Origin: an uncultured delta proteobacterium
GTDB lineage: Bacteria; Desulfobacterota; RBG-13-43-22
Assembly: GCA_963843145.1 (NCBI GenBank)
Contig: CAWJJC010000027.1
Location: forward strand, 192,001 to 256,000
Direction of reading: 5' to 3'
Length of the DNA stretch: 64,000 bases
A program made the position numbers and the translations under genes. Below are positions 38,066-50,300 of the stretch, in pieces. The notes beneath the pieces are model-generated. The model was given only the letters and a program-made list of their open reading frames with translations. It was not told where the DNA came from and made no database searches. Position 1 is the first letter of the stretch. The number at the start of each line of letters is the position of its first letter.

Positions 38066-38256
38066 CACCGCAGAGGCGCGGGGGACGCAGAGAATTTTTA
38101 TTTGCTTTGCGGGGAGATGCCCGCAAAGCAAAACGACTCAGCCGCTTCGCGGGCAAGAGGTTGTCGATCGAGCAACGATGAAACCCTTCATTTATGCCGT
38201 GCAGCAAACGTCCAGGCCAAGTAGTTTTCAACCGGCGGGAGATGCCGCCGGTTGAA
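38066..38256. repeat. CACCGCAGAG-family half repeat plus two perfect hairpins with GAGATG loops
   Basis: CACCGCAGAGGCGCGGGGGACGCAGAG; TTTGCTTTGCGGG-GAGATG-CCCGCAAAGCAAA (38101-38132); TTCAACCGGCGG-GAGATG-CCGCCGGTTGAA (38227-38256). Confidence 0.7.
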
Positions 38257-38317
38257 GCTCTTAATATTGGGTTTACGGTTAATTAAATAAGGTTCCCCCC
38301 CATATAATAAGGAGGAC

Positions 38318-41300
38318 TTGTCAATGTCCAGGCCGACCATCCCTAACTCGAGGCACATAAAAAATTCGATTAATAATTTGGCGCCATTCCTGGTGGTCTT
38401 CTTGGCCCTGGCCTTGTTTCCAGTGGCCCCATCCTGGGCACAAACTAAAACCCTAACGATTATCCCCCCCAGCTATGGAATGGTTGGGAGCCTGCCATCA
38501 GGTATAAACTGCAATTCGGGTGGACCGTCTTGCATGGCAGGATACGAGCAGGGAACCATCGTTACCTTAAAGGCTATCCCCGTCGCAGGCTCGTATTTCA
38601 GCATCTGGTCCGGCGATGCCTGCAACGGAAATGTCTCGCTCACCTGCCTGGTCACCATGGATGCGGACAAAACGATCACGGCGTCTTTCACCCAAATTGT
38701 CCCGGTCATGCAGACCTGGCTGAAAACCTATGGTGGAGAGTATTCGGATTACGGTTACGCCATCCGGCAAACCTCGGATGGCGGATACATCGTGGCCGGT
38801 TCCACCGAGCCCTCTGATGAAGGTTATAGCAATGCCTGGGTAACAAAGCTTGACCAGGCCGGAAATGTGCTCTGGCAAAAAACCTACGGTGCCTCAAGCT
38901 CCGATTCCGTTAATTCCATACAGCAGACCTCGGACGGCGGATACATCGTGGCCGGTTCTACCGAGTCCTTTGGGGAAGGTTATATCGATGTTTGGGTGTT
39001 AAAACTTGACTCGAATGGAGAGGTACTCTGGCTAAAGACCTATGGCGCGGTGGGTGACGATTACGCCAATTCCGTACAGCAGACCTCGGACGGCGGGTAC
39101 ATTATTGTCGGTTATACCAGCTCCTTCGGGGTAGGTGATCTAGATGTCTGGGTGTTAAAGCTCAGGTCTGATGGATCTGTCGACTGGCAAAAGAGATATG
39201 ACGGTTCTGGGGGTGACGATTACGCTAATTCCGTACAGCAGACCTCGGACGGCGGGTACATTATCGCCGGTTATACCAGCCCCTTGGGGAACAGCCGCGG
39301 CGGCGACGCCTGGGTATTAAAGCTTCAGTCGAATGGAGATGTCCTCTGGCAAAAGACCTACGGTAACGAAAGGGAAGATACGGCCTTAGCCATCCAGCAG
39401 ACTGTGGATGGCGGATATATCGTTGCGGGTTATACCCACCCTAGTCCTAGCGATCCAAGACTCTATTATAGATACATTGCCTGGGTAATAAAGCTTGGCC
39501 AACAGGGAGATGTGCTCTGGCAAAATAACTACGAGGTCGATTTCGACACTTTCGCTAATTCTATCCAGCAGACTCCAGACGGTGGATTTATCGTGGCCGG
39601 GAAAACCGGAGGCGCCGAGGGAAGTTTTTTCAAAGCCCTGGTAATAAAACTTAACCCTGATGGAGATGTCGATTGGGGAAAAACCTACACCAACGATCGT
39701 AATGATGGCTGGAATGACGCTAACACCATCCAGCAGACCTCTGATGGCGGCTACGTCCTGGTTGGCTCAACCAATTCCTTCGGAGCAGGCGAATATTACG
39801 ATTATTATGATGCCTGGGTGTTAAAGCTTGACTCGACAGGAAATATATCCGGGGAGCTTCCGGTAAACTTTATTGCTGCAGAAAAATGTGATAGTCAGCT
39901 CCACAGATGTTAGTCCCGCCACTTCCAATGCCACCGTATCGGACACAAACGTTACCGGCCAGGATATCGATGTCACACCTCCCACGGGCTCGATTCTAAT
40001 CGACGGCGGGGCCGCTTCCACCAACTCAACCTCAGCCACCTTGACCCTGACCTGCAGTGATACCGGCAGCGGTTGCTCCAAGATGCAGTTTTCCAACGAC
40101 GATATCACCTATTCCATTCCTGAAGTTTATGCTGCCACCAAATCCTGGCCCCTGTCTTCCGGGTATGGTTTCAAAACGGTTTATGTGAAATTTCAGGACT
40201 TCTCAGGGAACTGGTCTTCCGTTTACAATGCCTCCATTATTTTAGTCTCAGCCTTGGACACTACATTTAATTCGGCTCTAGATGGTCCCGTTTACGCCAC
40301 CGCCATCCAGCCCGACGGCAGAATCTTGATCGGCGGCGGGTTCACCACCGTCGCTGGTTCATTGCACAACCACATTGCCCGGCTGAACGCAGACGGAAGT
40401 CTGGATACTTCTTTTAACAACTCCGGTGTGAATGATTATGTGTATTCCATCGCCCCACAGTCCGATGGAAAGATTTTGGCTGGTGGGTCTTTCACCAAGC
40501 CTAATGGAGACCCCTGGTACCTCGCCCGATTCAATCCGGATGGGACCTTGGACGATACTTTCAATCCCTCAGTGAACGGATTGATTCTATCCATTGTACT
40601 ACAACCGAATGGAAAAATCTTGATTGGCGGTACCACCTTCACCTCCGTAAATGGATCAAGCCGAAATTACCTGGCCCGCCTCAATGCCGACGGTAGTCTA
40701 GATGAAAGTTTTTCTCCCAATGTTAACGGGGCGGTTTATACGGTCTCCCTTCAAGCTAATGGAAAGATCCTTATCGGCGGGAAATTTACTCCCGCCATAA
40801 TCCGAATAAACACTACAGGAGAAATTGATGATACCTTTAATGCCAATATTTCCGACTTTACCCTCCCCACTAATAGTGGTGTCAATACCATCGCTGTGCA
40901 AGCTGACGGCAAAATATTGATCAGCGGGGATTTTACATCTGTGGATAGCGAGCCTCGGAATTATCTGGCCCGGCTATACTCAAACGGAAACATTGATTTA
41001 TCATTTGACCCCAACCTCTCTCCTGATCGAGCTGTCTCCATCGCCCTTCAGACCGATGGAAAGATCCTTATCGGCGGGTATTTCACGTCTGTCGGCGGAA
41101 CCACGCGCAATTATCTGGCCCTGCTCAATGGAGATGGATCATCGGATGCCACCTTTGACCCCAATATGGAAAGCTGGGTCTTTTCCATTTCCCTCCAGTC
41201 GGATGGGGGTATAATAATCGGAGGTCAATTCGGTAGTGGTGGTGCCAGCATCCCACGCTTCATTGGTCGGCTCAATAATCCCGATGCCGCCACCCAATCT

Positions 41301-44300
41301 CTCAACGCCTCCAATGACGGGACAACTGTCACCTGGCTGCGAGGCGGCGCCTCGCCGGAGGTGGAGTATGTGACTTTTGATCAATCAACTGACCACTCGG
41401 TCTGGACCTCACTGGGTCCCTCGAACCGCATCCCCGGGGGGTGGGAACTTACCGGACAGTCACTTCCATCAGGACAGGATTTGTATATTCGAGCACGTGG
41501 CGATGCCAAGGGCGGTTATTCGAATGCCTCGTCTTCGCTCATTGAGTCAATAACCCAGATAAATCTTTCGCCTCAAACTTTCACGATTTCCGCCTCAGCA
41601 GGGCCCAACGGGACAATTGCGCCATTAGGTTCTACAATAGTGCCCAATGGGGGAAGCCAGTCATATACGATTAATCCAAATTCCGGTTACCACGTGGCCG
41701 ATGTTTTGGTGGATGGAGTCTCGCAGGGGTCCAGGACTTCCTACGATTTTACCAACGTAACGTCCAACCATACCATTTCAGCCACGTACGATTTATTACC
41801 TCGGACAATCTCCATTGCTCCGTCGTCACCTTACGATTTCACCAATATTGCTGTGGGAGCTTCGGCGAACCAAATATTTACCATCTCGAATTCCGGAGGA
41901 ACCGACCTTTCAGTGACGGAGATAAACCTCGGTGGTTCGGCCGATTACATCTTGAATAGGGGCAACGGCAGCGGAGTAACCTGTGGGAGCACCTATCCAA
42001 GGACCCTGACCCCCGGCGGAAGCTGTACGGTGGCTGTAACCTTCCAGCCTTCCTCCCTTGGTTCAAAAACCGCGACCCTTTCGGTGGGTTCGAACGATCC
42101 TGTTACCCCTTCAGCCTCCGTGGCCATCAGCGGCTCCGGAGTCTATGGCACCTGCAACTGGACGAGTGTAACTGGTGGGAACTGGACCACTGCATCCAAT
42201 TGGTCCTGCGGACACGCACCGGGGACTAATGATGATGCGTTCATAACACTTGCCGGAACCTATACGGTAACCGTTACCGCCAACACAACCGTGAATAGTC
42301 TTACCCTTGGCGGGTCCAGCGGGACCCAGAGCCTCACAGTTTCAGGACCTCTCGGCCTGAACAATGCCAGCACCGTCGGGACCTACGGTGCACTCAATTT
42401 GAGTGGCGGCACCCTTGCGGGGAGTGGTACTCTCTCAGTCAGCGGAACGATGAACTGGACAGGGGGTGGCGGCACCATGAGCGGGCCCGGGACGACGAAC
42501 ATTACGGGTGCTTTCAACATCGATAACGGCGGTTACCCCGGGACCAGAAAGAATCTCACTTCACGGACGCTGAACATCGCCGGAACAGCGACCATTATCA
42601 ACAGTACTGGAATTAATCTCAGCAGTGCAACCATCAACAACCAAACGGGGGCGTCGTTTAGCTTCCCAAGCGACAGCTATTTGTATAACAGCGGCGGAAC
42701 CAACGCCTTTAACAATGCGGGGACGGTGACCAAGAGCGCCGGAAGCGGAACCACCACCATCGAGGTTCCGTTCACCAACACGGGCACGGTGAATGCCAAT
42801 AGCGGAACCTTCAGTCTTGCCCTGGCCGGTGGAGGCACGAGCATTGGATCTTTCAGCGTCGTCTCCGGGGCAACGCTTCAGTTGGCCGGCAGCGGGACCC
42901 ACACTCTGGGTACGGGATTGAGCCTTACGGGAGCCGGCACTGTGGATTTCTACTCCGGTACGGTGACCGTCAACTGCACCTACAATGTGACCGGGACCAC
43001 CAAGTTCAGCGGCGGGACCACGACCTTCAGCAGCGGGGCAGCGGTGAGCAGTGTCGGGAGCACACTCTGGGTTAATGGCGGCACGGCAAATTTCAACAAC
43101 ACGCAGGCCTGGACAGATCCAACCACTTTGACGGTCGACGGCAGTAGTACGGCCAACTTCAACAGGGGGCAGGCTCTCAACATTCCCACAGTGAATGCAT
43201 TTCAAGGCACATTGGGGGGAACTGACACCCTCAATGTAAGCAACACCCTCACCTGGGGGAGGCTTTATGCGGCTGGCGGGACCATGAGCGGGCCCGGGAC
43301 GACGAACATTACGGGTGCTTTCAACATCGATAACGGCGGTTACCCCGGGACCAGAAAGAATCTCACTTCACGAACGCTGAACATCGCCGGAACAGCGACC
43401 ATTATCAACAGTACTGGAATTAATCTCAGCAGTGCAATCATCAACAACCAAACGGGGGCGTTGTTTAGCTTCCCGAGCGACAGCAATTTGTATAACTACA
43501 GCGGAACCAACGCCTTTAACAATTCGGGGACGGTGACCAAGAGCGCCGGAAGCGGAACCACCACCATCGAGGTTCCGTTCAGCAACACGGGTACGGTGAA
43601 TGCCAATAGCGGAACCTTGAGTCTTGCCCTGGCCGGTGGAGGCACGAGCATTGGATCTTTCAGCGTCGTCTCCGGGGCAACGCTTCAGTTTGCCGATAGC
43701 GGGACCCACACTCTGGGTACGGGATTGAGCCTTACGGGAACCGGCACTGTGGATTTCTACTCCGGTACGGTGACCGTCAACTGCACCTACAATGTGACCG
43801 GGACCACCAAGGTGAGCGGCGGAACAACGACCTTCGGGAGCGGAGCCGCAGTGAGTGCTGTCGGGAGCACACTCTCGGTGAACGGCGGTACGGCGAATTT
43901 CAACAACGCGCAGGCCTGGACGGATCCAACCACTTTGACGGTCGACGGCAGTAGTACGGCCAACTTCAACAGGGGGCAGGCTCTCAACATTCCCACAGTG
44001 AATGTATTTCAAGGCACATTGGGGGGAACTGACACCCTCAATGTAAGCAACACCCTCACCTGGGGGAGGCTTTATGCGGCTGGCGGGACCATGAGCGGGC
44101 CCGGGACGACGAACATTACGGGTGCTTTCAACATCGATAACGGCGGTTACCCCGGGACCAGAAAGAATCTCACTTCACGGACGCTGAACATCGCCGGAAC
44201 GGCGACCATTATCAACAGTACTGACATGAATCTCAGCAATGCAACCATCAACATCCAAACGGGGGCGTTGTTTATATTCCAGAGCGACAATTCTTTGTTC

Positions 44301-47300
44301 AACTACAACGGAACCAACGCCTTTAACAATGCGGGGACGGTGACCAAGAGCGCGGGGACCGGAGCATCTACCATTAACGTGCCGTTCGCCAATACGGGCA
44401 CGGTGAATGCCAATATCGGCACGCTTTCATTTACAGACATCTTTACAAATTCTTCGACAGGCATTATTCAGGGAACGGGAACCTTAAACCTTCCCACCGG
44501 ATCATCTTTTACCAATAATGGCGCAATCAATCCGGCCGCGGCAGGCACGGCTGGCAAATTAACTATAAGCAGTGCCCTTACAAAAATCGGAGTGGTCAAC
44601 CTTGACATTGGCGGAACCACGGCAGGGACAACCTATGATCAGCTTGCCGTAAGCGGCGCCGCGACACTCGGCGGGACCCTCAACGTAACCCTAATCAACG
44701 GCTTTAACCCGTCAATCGGCGACGCTTATACCATCATGACTTGTGGGTCAAGAACTGGGACTTTCGGCACGTTGAATTTACCCTCCCTCGGGGATAAATC
44801 CTGGAATACGCCAACCTATAATGCCGGATCTTTAGTCCTTTCTGTCTCGGCGAAGACCTACACCCTGACTTATGCCGCCGGGGCTGGTGGAACAATTTCG
44901 GGGACTACGTCCCAGACGGTCAGCTACGACGCCAACGGTTCAGCGGTGACGGCGGTGCCGGACACCGGTTACTCCTTCGTGAATTGGAGTGACAGTTCTA
45001 CGGCTAACCCGCGAACTGACACCCATGTGACGGCGGATATCTCGCTCACCGCCAACTTCGCCCTCAATACCTACACGATTACCGCAGCGTCCGGAACCAA
45101 CGGGACCGTGACGCCATCCGGGGCCACGACGGTGTCATATGGAGGAAGCCAGACTTACTCCATTACCCCTGTCACGGGGTACCACGTGGCCGATGTATTG
45201 GTGGACGGCGTCTCGGCCGGTGCAATGACCTCATATCCCTTCACTAGTGTAGCTGCCAACCATACCATCTCAGCCTCTTTCGCCATCAACGCCTACACCC
45301 TGACCTACGCCGCCGGGCCCGGAGGAACGATCTCGGGCACTACGCCCCAGACAGTCAACTACGGCGCCAATGGCTCATCGATGACGGCGGTGCCAAACTC
45401 CGGCTATTACTTTGTAAACTGGAGTGACCGTTCGACGGCTAACCCGCGGACAGACACCACCGTGACGGCCGATGTAACTGTAACGGCTAACTTCGTGGCC
45501 GGGCCGCCGCTGCAGTCCACGGCCACCCCGGCCGGCGGGTCTTATAATACCGCCCAGACCGTCACCTTAACCCAAATAGGCGGCCAACCGGGCGCCGTTA
45601 TTTATTACACCACGGATAATAGTGACCCGACCGCTAGCAGTACGCTCTACACGAATCCGATTGCCATATCAACCAACACCACCCTTAAGTTCGCCGCTTA
45701 TGCCGGAGGGGCCTGGGAGACACCAGTAAAAACAGAGGCTTATACCTTTAATGCCAACCTCGGAGGAAGCCTTCCGGCAACGATTTCCGCATCGGTGAAC
45801 GGTCCTATTCCGATTACGGTGACTTTCGACAATCAGACCGGCTCAGCCATTACCACGATCAAGCCGGATTGCTTCAATACCTACTTTGAGGTGAGAGACT
45901 CCCAAGGCCATCTCCTACCCTCGCTTTGCCGGATCCCTATGGCCTACGGCATTCCTAAAGATGTCGGAACCATACCGACAGGGCAATCCACACTCACCTG
46001 TAACCTGGACGAGATGTTCGATCACAGCGTATTAAGCGGTCTTTCCGGACCCTACACCGTCCAGGCTACCTACTCGAACTATATCCAGGACCCGGACCTT
46101 GTCAACGGTACTTGCCAGGATCCAACCAATGGATGTACCGCTCTCTGGACCGGGGCCATTACCGCCAGCCCGGCCACCATTACCTTGACCAACACCTTTA
46201 CCCTGACTTATACCGCCGAGACTGGCGGCTCGATCTCGGGAACGAGTCCGCAGACAGTCAACCCTGGTGGAAGCGGGACGGAAGTAACTGCGGTACCTAA
46301 TACCGGTTACCACTTCGTAGGCTGGAGCGATGGAGTTCTGACGGAATCCCGGACAGACAGCAACGTGACGGCCAATATTTCGGTCACCGCCAACTTCGCC
46401 ATCGACACCTACACTCTAACCTACGCCGCCGGGTCCGGCGGAACCATTTCGGGGCCTACGTCCCAGACGATCAACTACGGCGCCGACGGCTTAGCGGTGA
46501 CGGCAGTGCCGGATACCGGGTATTACTTTTGTGCAATGGAGTGACGCTAGGACGGACAATCCGCGGACAGACGCCCATGTAACGACCAATATCTCGGTGA
46601 CCGCTAGTTTCGCCCTCAATAGCTACACGATCACCGCAACCTCAGGGGCCAACGGAAACGTGACGCCATCCGGGGCCACGACAGTGTCATATGGAGGCAG
46701 TCAGACTTACTCCATTACCCCCGCCACCGGGTACCACGTGGCCGATGTATTGGTGGACGGTATCTCGGTTGGTGCGGTGACCTCATACCCCTTCACCAAT
46801 GTTACTGCCAACCATACCATCACCGCCTCTTTTGTCATAAACACCTATACCCTGACATATACTGCCGGGAGTGACGGAGCGATCTCGGGCACCTCGTCCC
46901 AGACGGTCAACGTACGACGCCGACGGCTCAGCGGTAACGGCGGTGCCGAACCCCGGCTACTACTTCGTGAACTGGAGTGACAGTAGGACGGACAATCCGC
47001 GGACGGATACCCACGTGACGACCGATATCTCGGTTACCGCCAACTTCGTCGCCGGGCCGCCGTTGCAGTCCACGGCCACCCCGGCTGGCGGGACCTACAA
47101 TACCGCCCAAACCGTCACCTTAACCCAAATAGGCGGCCAACCGGGCGCCGTTATTTATTACACCACGGATAATAGTGACCCGACCGCAAGTAGCACGCTG
47201 TACACGAATCCCATTGCGATTTCAAGCAACACCACCCTTAAGTTTGCCACTTATGCCGGAGGGGCCTGGGAGACACCAGTAAAAATAGAGGCTTATACCT

Positions 47301-50300
47301 TTAATGCCAACCTCGGAGGAAGCCTTCCGGCAACGATTTCCGCATCGGTGAATGCTCCTATTCCGATTACGTTGACTTTCGACAATCAGACCGGCTCAGC
47401 CATTACTACGATCAAGCCGGATTGCTTCAATACCTACTTCGAAGTGAGAGACTCCCAAGGCCAGCTCCTTCCCTCGCTTTGCCGGATCCCTACGGCCTAC
47501 GGCATTCCTAAAGATGTCGGAACCATACCGACAGGTCAATCCACGCTCGCCTGTAACCTGGACGAGATGTTCGATCCAAGCGTATTAAGCGGTCTTTCCG
47601 GACCCTACACCGTCCAGGCAACCTACTCGAACTATATCCAGGACCCGGACCTTGTCAACGGTACTTGCCAGGATCCAACCAATGGATGTACCGTCCTCTG
47701 GACCGGGGCCATCGTTGTAACCCCAGCCACCGTTACTTTGACCAACACCTTTACCCTGACTTATACCGCCGGGATTGGCGGCTCGATCTCGGGGAATACC
47801 TCCCAGACAGTCAGTCCTGGGGCCAACGGCTCAACAGTAACGGCGCTACCTAATACCGGTTACCACTTCGTAGGCTGGAGCGATGGAGTTCTGACGGAAT
47901 CCCGGACAGACAGCAATGTGATGGCCAATATTTCGGTCACCTCCAACTTCGCCATCGACACCTACACTCTAACCTACGCCGCCGGGTCCGGCGGAACCAT
48001 TTCGGGGCCTACGTCCCAGACGGTCAACTACGGCGTCGACGGCGCGGCGGTGATGGCGGTGCCGGACACCGGCTACCACTTCGTGAATTGGAGTGACAGT
48101 TCGACGGCTAACCCGCGAACGGACACCCACGTGACTGCGAATATCTCGGTCACCGCTGGCTTCGTCCTCAATACCTACACGATTACAGCAACCTCCGGGG
48201 CCAACGGAACCGTAACGCCATCCGGGGCCACGACAGTGTCATATGGAGGCAGTCAGTCCTACTCCATTACCCCCGCCACCGGGTACCACGTGGCCGATGT
48301 ATTGGTGGACGGCGTCTCGGTGGGTGCGGTGACCTCATACCCCTTCACCAATGTTACTGCCAACCATACCATTACCGCCTCTTTTGCCATCAACACCTAT
48401 ACCCTGGCCTACATTGCCGGGACTGGCGGAGCGATCTCGGGCAGCAACGTCCCAGACGGTCAATTACGACGCCGACGGCTCGCGGTAACGGCGGTGCCGA
48501 ATTCCGGCTATTACTTCGTGAACTGGAGCGACGACAAAACGGATAATCCGCGAACGGACACCCACGTAATGGCCGATATCTCGGTCACCGCCAACTTCGC
48601 AGCCGGGCCGCCATTGCAGTCCACAGCCACCCCGGCAGGCGGGACCTATAATACCGCCCAGACCGTCACCTTAACCCATATCAGCGGTCAACCGGGTGCC
48701 GTAATTTACTTCACCACGGATAATAGTAATCCGACACTTAGCAGCACGCCGTACACGAAACCGATTCCGATTTCAACCGACACTACCCTAAAGTTCGCTG
48801 CTTATGCAGGAGGTGCCTGGGAGGCGGTGAGAACTGAGGTCTACACCTTTATTTCTAATACTGAACTCGGTGGAAGCCTGCCAGCAACGATTTCCGCATC
48901 AGTGAATGGTCCTATTCCAGTTACGGTGACCTTCAACAATAATACTGGATCAGACATAGCCACGATTCCACCGGATTGCTTCAATACCTATTTCGAGGTA
49001 AAGGACTCGCAAGGCCATCTCCTCCCCTCCCTTTGCCGGATTCCCACGGCCTACGGCATCCCGAACGATGTGGGGACCATACCGGCAGGCCAATCCACAC
49101 TCACTTGTAACCTGGCCGAGATGTTTGATCCCAGCATAATAAGTAGTCTCTCCGGAACGTACACCGTCCAGGCCACCTACTCGAACTATATCCAGGACCC
49201 GGATCTCGTTAACGGGACTTGCCATGATCCTGATGGAGAATTGTACCGCTCTATGGACCGGGGCTATCGCCGCAAGCCCCGCCACCATAACCTTGACTAA
49301 CACCTACTCCCTTACTTATACCACCGGCACTGGCGGCTCGATCTCGGGACCTACGTCACAAACGGTCAACCCTGGTGCCAGCGGCTCACCGGTGACGGCG
49401 GAGCCGGAAACCGGCTATTACTTCGTGAATTGGAGTGACAATAAGACGGATAATCCGCGAATGGACAGCAACGTTATGGCCAATATCTCGGTCACGGCCA
49501 ACTTCGTCGCCGGACCGCCATTGCAGTCGACGGCCACCCCGGCCGGCGGATCTTATAATACCTCCCAGACCGTCACCTTAACCCAAACAGGCGGCCAACC
49601 CAATGCCACTATTTATTACACCACGAATGGGAGTGACCCGACCTTAAATGGCACGGCGTATACGGATCCTATTCTAATTTCAGCGACGACCACCCTGAAA
49701 TTCGCCGCTTCTGCCGGAGGGGTCTGGGAAACGGTGAAAACCGAGGCCTACACCATTATTTCCGATACCGAACTTGGAGGCACCCTTTCCGTATCGGTGG
49801 ATGGCCCTGTCCCGGTTACGGTGACTTTAAAGAACAAAACCGGCTCAGATATCACTACGATCAAGCCGGATTGCTTCAATACCTTCTTCGAGGTGTTTCC
49901 CTGCGATCCCTCAAATCCCACCTGCAAACCTTTACCTTCGCTTTGCCGAATCCCCACGGCCTATGGCATTCCAAACGATGTCGTTACCATACCCGACAGC
50001 AGTCAATTTACACTCAGTTGTAACCTGGCTGATATGTTCGATCCCAGCATATTAAATAGTTTTTCCGGATCTTATACCGTCAAAGCCACCTACTCGAACT
50101 ATATCCAGGACCCGGATTTAGTAAATGGTACTTGCAACTCCTCCACCCTGTACCGCCCTCTGGACCGGGGCCATCGCCGCCGCAACCCCGGCCCCCATTA
50201 TCTTGCCCAATATCTACACCATCACCGGCATTGTTATAGGCGGGAACGGGACCATCAGTTGCACCTCGCCGGTTATCCTTAACGCCACATCAACGTGTAC

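Noticed and set aside
42561-44012. Duplicated antisense ORFs (214 aa and 69 aa)
   Set aside because: Shadows of the 807-bp coding repeat on the opposite strand.
44856-50200. Diversity-generating retroelement TR/VR pair among the repeats
   Set aside because: No reverse transcriptase in the window, differences are not visibly adenine-specific, and all copies are coding tandem units.
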